Part shown: positions 11,969-20,371 of the stretch, one piece after another | Layout: every line of letters begins with the position of its first letter | Numbering within the stretch: the stretch's first letter is position 1 | NCBI GenBank assembly: GCA_020445605.1 | Contig: JAGRGH010000037.1 | Location: 108,354-172,353 of the forward strand | Origin: Chromatiales bacterium | GTDB taxonomy: Bacteria > Pseudomonadota > Gammaproteobacteria > JAGRGH01 | Reading direction: 5' to 3' | Length of the DNA: 64,000 nucleotides | Position numbers and translations under genes: made by a program | The notes under the pieces: generated by a model | Seen by the model: only the letters and a program-made list of their open reading frames with translations | Databases searched by the model: none | Told to the model about the DNA's origin: nothing

Positions 11969-12537
11969 ACTGGATCGCCGGCATCGACGAGGCCGGCCGC
12001 GGGCCGCTGGCCGGCCCGGTGACGGTCGCGGCCGTCATCCTGCCGCCGGATCACGGTCTGGCCGGACTCGACGATTCCAAACGCCTCAGCGCGGCCCGGC
12101 GCGAGGTGCTGGCCGGGGCGATTCGCGAGCGCGCCGTGGCCTGGACCGTGGTGCACGTCGAGCGCGAGGAGATCGATCGTCTGAACATCCTCGGTGCAAC
12201 GCTGGCGGGCATGCGGCGCAGCGTCGAGGCCTTGGCCGTGCGGCCGGCGCTGGCGCTCGTCGACGGCAATCGTGCGCCGCAGCTACCCTGCGCGGCCGTG
12301 CCGCTGGTGCAGGGCGATCGGCTGGCACCGGTGATCTCGGCCGCGTCGATCCTCGCGAAGGTCGCGCGCGACACCCTGATGCGCGTGCTCGATGACCGTT
12401 ACCCCGGGTACGGATTTGCGCGCCATTTCGGTTATCCGACGGCGGCACACCTCGCTGCCCTGGAGCGCCACGGTCCGTGCGTGGAACACCGGCGCTCGTT
12501 TGCGCCGGTACGACGGCTGATCGAAACTGCGACCTGA
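11965..12537 (+). CDS. rnhB: ribonuclease HII
   Basis: 190 aa. It has the motifs [14 protein letters not shown] and DDSK. There is a 4-nt overlap with lpxB. Confidence 0.92.
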   Translation: MNWIAGIDEAGRGPLAGPVTVAAVILPPDHGLAGLDDSKRLSAARREVLAGAIRERAVAWTVVHVEREEIDRLNILGATLAGMRRSVEALAVRPALALVDGNRAPQLPCAAVPLVQGDRLAPVISAASILAKVARDTLMRVLDDRYPGYGFARHFGYPTAAHLAALERHGPCVEHRRSFAPVRRLIETAT

Positions 12538-12611
12538 TCGGTCCGTCTGGAACGAAACCCGGCCGGCCGGTATCGTTTCGCTGCCCTAACGTCTCCCCCG
12601 GCTCCGAGCGC

Positions 12612-15600
12612 ATGACCCCCAGCTTCGTCCACCTGCGCGTACACACCGAATACTCGCTGGTCGACGGTATCGTGCGTGTCGACGAACTGGCGGATGCCGC
12701 AGCCGCGGCCGGCATGCCGGCCGTCGCGATCACCGATCAGTGCAACCTCTTCGCGCTGGTGAAGTTCGTCCGTGCCGCCGAGCGCCGCGGGCTCAAGCCG
12801 ATTGTCGGCGCCGATCTGCTGATCGCCGACGGCAGCGATGCGCCGACCCGTCTGCCGGTGCTGGTGCAGGACCGCACGGGTTATCTGAATCTGAGCGAGT
12901 TGCTGACCCGCGCGCATCGTGACGGGCAGGCGCGCGGACTGCCGATCATCGCGCGCGAATGGCTGCACGGCCACACCGATGGGCTGATCGCACTGTCCGG
13001 TGCGCGTGAGGGTGATATCGCACAGGCGATCATCGACGGCCATCCGCGCCAGGCGCGGCGCCGGCTGGATGCCTGGCGCAAGCTGTTTGGCGACCGTTTC
13101 TATCTGGAGATCCAGCGCACCGGGCGCGGCGACGAGGCGCAATGGATCGACGCGGCGGTCGAGCTTGCGGTCGCGACCCAGACACCGGTCGTCGCCACCA
13201 ACGATGTGCGCTTCCTGTCGCCGGACGACTTCGAGGCGCACGAGGCGCGCGTGTGCATCAACGCCGGGCGCACGCTCGCCGATCCACGCCGGCCGAAGGC
13301 GTATACGCCCGATCAGTTCCTGCGCTCGCCACCACAGATGGCGGAGCTGTTCGCCGATCTGCCCGAAGCGCTGGAAAACAGCGTGGAGATCGCGCGCCGC
13401 TGCAACCTCAGGCTTGAACTCGGCAAAAGCGTGCTGCCGGACTTTCCCGTGCCCGCCGACGAGTCGCTGGATGGCTTCGTGCGGGCGCAGGCCGGCGCCG
13501 GACTCGATCGTCGCCTGCGGGTGATCGAACCCGTCGCGCCGGTCGAGAAGTATGTCGAACGACTGCGGCGCGAGCTCGACGTCATCGTCGAGATGGGCTT
13601 CGCGGGGTATTTTCTGATCGTTGCGGACTTCATCAACTGGGCGCGCAACAACGGCGTGCCGGTCGGGCCGGGGCGCGGATCGGGCGCCGGCTCGCTCGTT
13701 GCGTATGCGTTGGGCATCACCGATCTCGATCCGCTGGCGTACGACCTGCTGTTCGAGCGGTTCCTGAATCCCGAACGCGTGTCGATGCCGGACTTCGACG
13801 TGGACTTCTGCATGGAAGGCCGCGACCGCGTCATCGATTACGTCGCGCAGCGCTATGGTCGCGAGCGGGTCTCGCAGATCATCACTTATGGCTCCATGGC
13901 CGCACGCGCCGTGGTGCGCGACGTCGGCCGTGTGCTGGGCCACGCCTACGGGTATGTCGACCGGATCGCCAAACTCGTGCCGTTCGAGATCGGCATGACG
14001 CTGGACAAGGCGCTCGAGCAGTCCGAGGATCTGCGCGCCGCGTACGACGCCGAAGAGGAAGTCCAGATGCTCATCGATCTCGCGCGCAAGCTCGAAGGGC
14101 TCGCACGCAATGTCGGCAAGCATGCAGGTGGTGTGGTCATCGCGCCCAGTGCGCTGACCGACTTCACGCCGCTGTACTGTGAGGCGGGCGGCGCGAATCC
14201 GGTCACCCAGCTCGACAAGGACGATGTCGAAGCGATCGGGCTGGTGAAGTTCGACTTTCTCGGTCTTCGCACACTCACGGTCATCGACTGGGCCGTGACG
14301 AATCTCGCGCGCCGCAGTCCGCCGGTCGAGGTCGATATCGGCACGCTGACGCTGGATGATCCGGAGGTCTACGCGCTGTTCTCGCGCGCCGAAACGACTG
14401 CCGTGTTCCAGTTCGAATCGCGCGGCATGAAGGACTATCTGCGCAAGCTGCAACCATCGCGCTTTGACGATCTCATCGCGCTTGCCGCCCTGTACCGGCC
14501 GGGCCCGCTGGGCGCCGGCATGGTCGACGACTACATCGAACGCCGTCACGGCCGCCAGGAAGTCGTCTACCCGCATCCGCTGCTCGAACCGATCCTTGAA
14601 CCGACCTATGGCGTGATCGTCTACCAGGAGCAGGTCATGCAGATCGCGCAGGTGCTGGCCGGCTACACGCTGGGTGGCGCCGATCTGCTGCGCCGTGCGA
14701 TGGGCAAGAAAAAGCCCGAGGAGATGGCCAAGCAGCGCAGCGTCTTCGTGGACGGTGCGACCGCCCGTGGCATCGATGCGCAGCTGGCGTCGGGCATCTT
14801 CGACCTCATGGAGAAGTTTGCCGGCTACGGCTTCAACAAGTCGCACTCGGCCGCATACGCGCTGGTCGCTTATCAGACCGCCTGGCTGAAGGCGCATCAC
14901 CCGGCCGCGTTCATGGCCGCGGTGCTGTCGGCCGACATGGACAACACCGACAAGGTCGTGACGCTGATCGATGAATGCCGCGCGATGCAGCTCGTCATCC
15001 AGCCGCCGGACGTCAATCGTTCCGAATATCGGTTCGTCGTCGGCGCCGATCGCGAGATCGTCTACGGGCTGGGCGCGATCAAGGGCGTCGGTCAGAGTGC
15101 GATCGAGGCGCTGCTCGGCGAGCGCGATCGCGATGGTGGGTTTGCCGATCTGTTCGAGCTATGCCGCCGTGTCGATCTGCAGAAATGCAACCGGCGTGTG
15201 CTCGAGGCCCTGATCCGTGCCGGCGCGCTGGATTCAATCGCCGGCAACCGTGCCGCAGCGCTTACGGCGCTGGACTCCGCGTTGCGCTCCGCCGAGCAGC
15301 ATGCCCAGGCGGCCGACACCGGACAGAGCGACCTGTTCGGCCTGCCCGTCGAACAGGAAACCGTCGCGCAGCCGGTCGTTGCCGAAGCGCTGCCTGATCA
15401 CGACGACGAGGACCTGCGCCTGGCCGGCGAACGCGAGACGCTGGGGCTCTATCTCACCGGGCATCCGCTCGATCGCTGCGCGGATGAACTGCGCGAGATT
15501 GCCGGTCAGCGCATCGCCGACATCAGCGTCGGCCCGCCGGCCGACGGTGGATACACGCGCCGTCAGGACGTGCCCCAGGTCACGATCGCAGGGCTGGCCG

Positions 15601-16172
15601 TGCAGGTGCGTGGCGCAAAGACGCAGCGCGGCGAGCCGGCGCTGTTTCTGACGCTCGACGATCGCAGCGGCCGCGTGGAGGTCGCGGTATTCGGCGAACT
15701 CTACACGCACAATCGTGACTGGCTGGCGCGCGATGCCATCGTGGTGGCGCGTGGCAGCGTCGGCGTCGATGAGTATTCGGGCGGCTATCGCATGCGCGCC
15801 GAATCGCTCATGGAGTTCGAGCGCGCACGCGAGGCCCAGGCGCGCCGTCTGGTGGTCGATCTGCCGGCCGATGCGGGGCAGGCCGCGCAGGACCTGGCCG
15901 GGCTGCTCAATCCGCATCTCGACGGGGAGTGTGAGGTCCGCGTGCGTTGCCGGGTCAACGGTGCGCGCGTGCTGTTGAGCCTCGATCCGCGCTGGCGGGT
16001 GCGCGTCTGCCAGCGCCTGCTCAAGGGCCTGCGGCAGCGCTTCGGTGCGCAGGCGGTTGCAGTTCGCTACGCGCCGTTCGAGAATTCCGCAACAGCAAAG
16101 GCAGGGAACGGCAACCCAACGGCGGGAAATCATCCTCAAAATGGCGGAAGAGAAATACAACCTCATTTTTGA
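12612..16172 (+). CDS. dnaE: DNA polymerase III alpha subunit
   Basis: Trimmed to the ATG at 12612 (MTPSFVHLRVHTEYSL, PHP domain). The polymerase core (GRGSGAGSLVAY, PDFDVDF) and the OB-fold region are recognisable. The C-terminal roughly 30 aa tail is low-complexity. Confidence 0.95.
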   Translation: MTPSFVHLRVHTEYSLVDGIVRVDELADAAAAAGMPAVAITDQCNLFALVKFVRAAERRGLKPIVGADLLIADGSDAPTRLPVLVQDRTGYLNLSELLTRAHRDGQARGLPIIAREWLHGHTDGLIALSGAREGDIAQAIIDGHPRQARRRLDAWRKLFGDRFYLEIQRTGRGDEAQWIDAAVELAVATQTPVVATNDVRFLSPDDFEAHEARVCINAGRTLADPRRPKAYTPDQFLRSPPQMAELFADLPEALENSVEIARRCNLRLELGKSVLPDFPVPADESLDGFVRAQAGAGLDRRLRVIEPVAPVEKYVERLRRELDVIVEMGFAGYFLIVADFINWARNNGVPVGPGRGSGAGSLVAYALGITDLDPLAYDLLFERFLNPERVSMPDFDVDFCMEGRDRVIDYVAQRYGRERVSQIITYGSMAARAVVRDVGRVLGHAYGYVDRIAKLVPFEIGMTLDKALEQSEDLRAAYDAEEEVQMLIDLARKLEGLARNVGKHAGGVVIAPSALTDFTPLYCEAGGANPVTQLDKDDVEAIGLVKFDFLGLRTLTVIDWAVTNLARRSPPVEVDIGTLTLDDPEVYALFSRAETTAVFQFESRGMKDYLRKLQPSRFDDLIALAALYRPGPLGAGMVDDYIERRHGRQEVVYPHPLLEPILEPTYGVIVYQEQVMQIAQVLAGYTLGGADLLRRAMGKKKPEEMAKQRSVFVDGATARGIDAQLASGIFDLMEKFAGYGFNKSHSAAYALVAYQTAWLKAHHPAAFMAAVLSADMDNTDKVVTLIDECRAMQLVIQPPDVNRSEYRFVVGADREIVYGLGAIKGVGQSAIEALLGERDRDGGFADLFELCRRVDLQKCNRRVLEALIRAGALDSIAGNRAAALTALDSALRSAEQHAQAADTGQSDLFGLPVEQETVAQPVVAEALPDHDDEDLRLAGERETLGLYLTGHPLDRCADELREIAGQRIADISVGPPADGGYTRRQDVPQVTIAGLAVQVRGAKTQRGEPALFLTLDDRSGRVEVAVFGELYTHNRDWLARDAIVVARGSVGVDEYSGGYRMRAESLMEFERAREAQARRLVVDLPADAGQAAQDLAGLLNPHLDGECEVRVRCRVNGARVLLSLDPRWRVRVCQRLLKGLRQRFGAQAVAVRYAPFENSATAKAGNGNPTAGNHPQNGGREIQPHF

Positions 16173-16971
16173 GGCCCGCAACTGCGTCGACGCGGACCTC
16201 GCCGGACTGCGCGAACGGCTGCTGGAGCGGTTCAGGCTGGACGAGCGCCAGTTGCAGCGTATGTTCAGCGGTGCCGACGTCGTGCTCAAGCGTGAGCTGA
16301 CGGCCGAGCGCGCGGATCGACTCGCGACCTCCTTGCGCGAGGTCGGCGCGCAATGCCGGCTCGAGCCGGTCGGCGGCGCGATTCGCGACAACGGCGCGCG
16401 CTACAACCTGGTGATCGCCGCGCACGCGAAACCCGACAGTGATCTCGATTTGTTGCGCAAGCGCCTGTCACGCATCATCAGCGTGCCGGCCTTCCATCTG
16501 CACGGTGTGCTGGCCGGCCGGGAGATCGTCGTACGCCGGCGCGTGACGGCTGCCTCCGCCCACACGCTGGCGGCCCGTCTGGCGGCCGCGGGCATTCCGT
16601 ACCGGCTGGAGCCGCTGGACCACGCCGCGGCGCTGAGTCCGGATGCGGCGGCGGTTGCCGCCGCGGCCGCGGCCATGCCGCCGCCAGAGGACGCCGTGAC
16701 TCAGGCGGCCCCGGCGCCGGATGATGGCGTCGGCAGGGATACCACCCAGGTGCTGGAGGCGGCCTCGCGCGTGGGCCTGCCCGAGCGCGATGCGCTGGCC
16801 GAGGTGGTCGCAAGTCTGCCGCTGCCCTCGACACCGGCAAGGCCCACGCAACCGGAGCGCGTCGCGCTGAATCCGCCGCTGCGCGATCCCGGCGGTTCGG
16901 CCGCCCGCGTCGCCTGGCTCGCGGTACTCGTCGTGCTGGCCGTGGCCAGCATCTGGTGGGCGATGAGATGA
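16141..16971 (+). CDS. hypothetical tail-anchored protein with an internally duplicated ~70-aa domain
   Basis: The ATG at 16141 overlaps the dnaE 3' end by 32 nt. Two similar modules begin YNLIFEA... and YNLVIAA..., and each ends ...RLEP(V/L). An Ala/Pro-rich linker and a single C-terminal TM helix (AWLAVLVVLAVASIWWA) follow. Confidence 0.55.
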   Translation: MAEEKYNLIFEARNCVDADLAGLRERLLERFRLDERQLQRMFSGADVVLKRELTAERADRLATSLREVGAQCRLEPVGGAIRDNGARYNLVIAAHAKPDSDLDLLRKRLSRIISVPAFHLHGVLAGREIVVRRRVTAASAHTLAARLAAAGIPYRLEPLDHAAALSPDAAAVAAAAAAMPPPEDAVTQAAPAPDDGVGRDTTQVLEAASRVGLPERDALAEVVASLPLPSTPARPTQPERVALNPPLRDPGGSAARVAWLAVLVVLAVASIWWAMR

Positions 16972-17025
16972 CAGGCTGTGCAGGGACAGTGGTCAACCTG
17001 CCGGCATGGCCAGACCCGTAGCGGG

Positions 17026-17058
17026 CGAAAGAACAAGTCTTTCGGTTTTCTTGTTTTC
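17026..17058. terminator. hairpin plus T-rich tract between convergent genes
   Basis: CGAAAGA (17026-32) pairs with TCTTTCG (17038-44) around the loop ACAAG. The tract GTTTTCTTGTTTTC follows. Confidence 0.5.
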
Positions 17059-17132
17059 AGCCGCCGGCGGGAATTGGACCTGCCTTGGCTTCACGATCCG
17101 CGCCAGGGCGCGGCGGCGCCGCGTGCGCGGCC

Positions 17133-18374
17133 CTACTCGTACCAGTCCATGCGTGCCAGCACGGCGCCGTGATCCGAACGGGTGTGGGCGTGGGCGCCGA
17201 CATCTGCGCTGCGCAGATCGTCGATTTCCGCATCCAGGATGTGATCGTTGAACACGGCGAAGCTGGCGATCTCGCCGATCGCCGCGCGGCCCAGGCCGTC
17301 GCGTGCGTAGCGCGGCACGAAGTGGCTCGACACCAGGATGTGATCGAGCAGGTCGTAGACGCCGTCGTAGATGTGCGAGTAGTAGATGTCGCGATGGATG
17401 CGCTGGGTCTGTAGTCGATAGCTGCTGTACAGGCACAGGTCGGCCACCCGGTCGATGAGTTCCGCGCGCCGCATGGGGTCCGGGCTGACGCTGCGATCCA
17501 CGCGCGGCGGCGACAGCCCGCCAGCGATCTGTGTGGTGACGGCCTGCGGCCCGTCGTTGAGATCGCCGACCACGAACACCGGCACCTCCGGCGCCTCACT
17601 CAGCGTTTGGACCACCCAGGCCCGCAGGGCGGCCGCCTCGATGGCGCGCAGCATCAGCGCGCGCGCCTGACCGATGGCGTGTTCCCGTGCCAGATCGGCC
17701 GCGAGCCGGGCGTCGTTGCCGTTCGGGGCGAGATCAAACAGCGGGCGTTTCGATTTCAGGTGCGCGACAAACACCGTGACGCGCGCGCCCTGCGCCGGGT
17801 CCACGCCCTTGACCCCGGCGAATCGCGGCCCGAGACCCAGCGTTAGCCTGAGCACCGGTCGCGAAAAGCGTCCGAGTGACTCGCCCCCGGCCGTCAGTTC
17901 AAGCTGAAAGCGCCGGCCGGCGGGGTCTTCGACCACGCGGTCGAAGTCGAAACCCGAGGGAAAGGCGTCCAGTACGTCAAAGCGCTCGATCTTCGTCTCG
18001 CCCGTCGCGACGGCGGCGACCAGCGGCGTGTCGTAGACGAACTCGTCGCGCCCGTCGGCGCGCCGGGTGCGCAGCGGTGCGGGCGTGCCGCCGAGTGCGA
18101 TCTCATGCGCCTCGGCCCAGCGTGTGCGGGCCATGACATCGGCCAGTGGCCGTGGGTCGAAGACTTCCTGCAGGCACAGGATGTCGGCGTTCAGTCGGTT
18201 GATCTGGGCCGCAAGCCAGTCGCACTTCTGCCCGTAGCGGTCGGTCGCGGGTTCATCGCGGCTGTCGTAGCGGTGGTGGGAATGCCGCTCGTAGAAGTAA
18301 TGCGCCTCGCGCGGCGTGCTGGGCGGCACGAGGTTGCGGACGTTCAGGCTCGCGATCTGGAACCGCTCGGTCAT
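17133..18374 (-). CDS. endonuclease/exonuclease/phosphatase (EEP) family protein
   Basis: 413 aa. EEP motifs are present (N-terminal IASLNVRNL, ADILCLQEV, C-terminal SDHGAVLA). Confidence 0.75.
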   Translation of the reverse strand: MTERFQIASLNVRNLVPPSTPREAHYFYERHSHHRYDSRDEPATDRYGQKCDWLAAQINRLNADILCLQEVFDPRPLADVMARTRWAEAHEIALGGTPAPLRTRRADGRDEFVYDTPLVAAVATGETKIERFDVLDAFPSGFDFDRVVEDPAGRRFQLELTAGGESLGRFSRPVLRLTLGLGPRFAGVKGVDPAQGARVTVFVAHLKSKRPLFDLAPNGNDARLAADLAREHAIGQARALMLRAIEAAALRAWVVQTLSEAPEVPVFVVGDLNDGPQAVTTQIAGGLSPPRVDRSVSPDPMRRAELIDRVADLCLYSSYRLQTQRIHRDIYYSHIYDGVYDLLDHILVSSHFVPRYARDGLGRAAIGEIASFAVFNDHILDAEIDDLRSADVGAHAHTRSDHGAVLARMDWYE

Positions 18375-18432
18375 CCGGTTGCGATGGGCCGTGGGCGCGA
18401 CAGCCGGCTGGTGCGCCGGCGACCAGGCTGGG

Positions 18433-18903
18433 TCAGGAAACCGCCTGCAGGGCGTCGAGCACCTTGCGCGGGTGTTCGGCCGCGTTGTTCACGCGTTTCC
18501 AGTGTTTGATGACCTTGCCGTCCGGACCGATCCACACCGAGGAGCGAATGACCCCAACGGTGGTTTTGCCGTACAGGGTCTTTTCGCCCCACGCCCCGTA
18601 ACGTTCCATCGTCGAGCGGTCCGGGTCGCTGAGCAGCGGGAAGGGCAGGCGGTATTTCTCGCGAAACGCGCTGTGGGACGCGCCGTCGTCGGGCGAGACG
18701 CCCAGGACGACGGCCTCGTGGGCCTGGATCTCGGCCCACAGGTCGCGGAAGCCGCAGGCCTCCTTGGTGCAGCCCGGGGTGTCGTCCTTCGGGTAGAAAT
18801 AGACGATCACGTGCTTGCCGCGAAAATCCTTCAGCGACACCTTGTTGCCGTCCGCGTCGGTCAGCGTGAACGGTGGCGCGGATTTGCCTTCTTCAACGGC
18901 CAT
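18433..18903 (-). CDS. bcp: thioredoxin-dependent peroxiredoxin (Bcp)
   Basis: 156 aa. It has the motif FYPKDDTPGCTKEACGFRD, typical of Bcp/PrxQ. Confidence 0.9.
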   Translation of the reverse strand: MAVEEGKSAPPFTLTDADGNKVSLKDFRGKHVIVYFYPKDDTPGCTKEACGFRDLWAEIQAHEAVVLGVSPDDGASHSAFREKYRLPFPLLSDPDRSTMERYGAWGEKTLYGKTTVGVIRSSVWIGPDGKVIKHWKRVNNAAEHPRKVLDALQAVS

Positions 18904-19424
18904 TCAAACGGTCCTCTTCAGGGGCGCACGGTCAGAATGGGCCGAAGTGTACCGTTGCAGGCCGAATCCGGCCAGAAATTTTCACGCGCTCCGGCGGCAC
19001 CCGTAGATGGGGCCCAGCCGGCCGCACCAGGGCGAAAACTGTAAATCTCGCTTTACATCCACGTCGGGTATTGGTGCGACAAAAGTTGCGGGCCGGCCCG
19101 GGTTTGCCAGCGCGCTCAGAGACTTGGCGCAACGGAAGCCCCCAAAAACTGGCGAATATCGCGGGTTTTCTCGTTTGGCGGTCCGCTCGGGCCGGTATTG
19201 CGTCCGGTCTGGGACTCGATTCGTCAGAATGTGACGCGGTTCGTCACTTCGTGCGCGCGGCTGGGGTACACGTTCGCGGGCTCACGGGCGCATAATGAGC
19301 CCGAACTTTACAAACGCCGGCTTTTCGGGTCGTCTGGGGTTCGATCCGCAGCGCCGCTGCGAAAGTGCGGGCTTTTGTAACAATCTGTAAATCAGTCACT
19401 TAACGCGACAGGGCGGTACCCGAA

Positions 19425-19440
19425 TGTGACGGACTTCACA
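19425..19440. promoter_or_regulatory. CRP/Clp/Vfr-type box (distal)
   Basis: TGTGAcggactTCACA is a perfect match to the TGTGA-N6-TCACA core. It lies 93 nt upstream of the ATG at 19533. Confidence 0.55.
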
Positions 19441-19472
19441 CATGGCACTGATTTTGCTTGACCAGTGTAAAA

Positions 19473-19488
19473 TGTGAAAGGTGTCACA
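19473..19488. promoter_or_regulatory. CRP/Clp/Vfr-type box (proximal)
   Basis: aaaTGTGAaaggtgTCACAaaa is a perfect core with A/T-rich flanks. Its centre is 48 bp from the distal box and 45 nt upstream of the ATG at 19533. Confidence 0.55.
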
Positions 19489-19532
19489 AAAATCGGCTGG
19501 CCACCCCCACGTTGCCAACTGAGACCTTAAAG

Positions 19533-20270
19533 ATGAAGCATCACACGACGATCTGGATTCGCAACCTGCTGGCCATTGCGGCACTGGCGTTCGTCGGCTC
19601 CGCGCAGGCGGATCTGCTCGACCTCCAGAAGAACGATGCGCCCGACATTTTCGTCGCGGGCACCTCGACCTACACCCAGGACGGCGTGACGGGCAGCTAC
19701 ACGTTCGCCGGCACGGCTGAAAACATCACGCTGTACGACCCCGAGGGCGTCCCTGGCGGTGACAGTTTCTGCTTCGACCTGACGGCGGATTTGGATCGCT
19801 GTTTCATCTTCGACGGACCTGGCTCGTTCACCTTTGGCTCGTGGTCCATGTCCGCGAGCATCGATGTGGCGACGGGCGACCTGCTGAGCGGCAGTTTCAC
19901 GATCACGGGCTACATCGATTCATTGGCTTCGCTTGGGATCGTGTCCGGCGTGCTGCTGACGGGAACGGTGCTTGATTTCGGCTATGCCGAGGATGCCTCC
20001 GGAAGCCTGGAGTTCCTGCTCGAGGTCACCGGTGGCGCGCTCGCACCGCTGTACTACGGCGGTGCGGTCGGCATCCTGATCGGCAACAGCGGTTTCCCGG
20101 GCGGCCTGGCGGGCTTGGCGCAGAACTGGTCCGGTGGTTCGACGCAGGGCGATCTGGCCCGCGTGATGCCGCTGCCCGGCACGCTTGCGCTGCTGGTTGG
20201 GGCACTGTTTTTCATGAGCATTGGTGCGCCGCGCCTGAAGCGGCGTGAGGTGGCCACCGCCACCAGTTAG
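19533..20270 (+). CDS. secreted protein with a PEP-CTERM-like C-terminal sorting signal
   Basis: Trimmed to the ATG at 19533, which gives a signal peptide (...ALAFVGSAQA/DL). The C-terminus, PLPGTLALLVGALFFMSIGAPRLKRRE, has the P-x-P, hydrophobic helix and Arg/Lys cluster pattern of PEP-CTERM. The body shares the ...TG.V..FG......(L/F).....VTGGALA..YY module with the next two genes. Confidence 0.68.
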   Translation: MKHHTTIWIRNLLAIAALAFVGSAQADLLDLQKNDAPDIFVAGTSTYTQDGVTGSYTFAGTAENITLYDPEGVPGGDSFCFDLTADLDRCFIFDGPGSFTFGSWSMSASIDVATGDLLSGSFTITGYIDSLASLGIVSGVLLTGTVLDFGYAEDASGSLEFLLEVTGGALAPLYYGGAVGILIGNSGFPGGLAGLAQNWSGGSTQGDLARVMPLPGTLALLVGALFFMSIGAPRLKRREVATATS

Positions 20271-20371
20271 GACAAGTCGGGGCGGCGGCGCGCGCGTGGG
20301 TGGCGCGTGCCAAGGCTGCCGACAGGAACGAACGGAAGCATAAGCACTGCAACTATTGAGCGAGACGAGCG

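Noticed and set aside
12432-14900. The 822-aa minus-strand ORF opposite dnaE. Similar long antisense ORFs were treated the same way: 6102-7745 opposite bamA, 31944-33494 opposite mrpD, and 38381-40075 opposite cysG. The list also covers 42311-44344 and 44289-46103 opposite fadE and the ligase, 46191-48110 opposite the FadB-like gene, 48113-49585 opposite fadA, and 53586-55256 opposite recN.
   Set aside because: These are classic high-GC antisense open frames. Each overlaps a gene with strong family motifs. Their translations are dominated by Arg/Ala/Gly/His/Asp runs with no recognisable motifs.
19336-19347. GGGGTTCGATCC, a tRNA T-arm-like word in the long spacer, considered as a possible tRNA gene or a tRNA-remnant att site for an island.
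   Set aside because: The flanks do not form a T-stem (TGGGG versus CGCAG). No acceptor, D or anticodon arms can be drawn. No integrase or direct repeat of the word occurs elsewhere in the window.
19458-19532. N-terminal extensions proposed by the ORF track. This entry is the 25-aa extension of the PEP-CTERM-like gene. Similar extensions occur on cdsA, dxr, rseP, bamA, skp, dnaE, nhaD, mrpD, mrpF, recN, nadK, prpD, the asparaginase gene, fadE, the ligase, grpE and the kinase.
   Set aside because: The extensions overlap upstream genes or regulatory sites and are Arg/Pro-rich. They also displace obvious signal peptides or conserved N-termini. Internal starts with overlap-coupling or RBS support were used instead.
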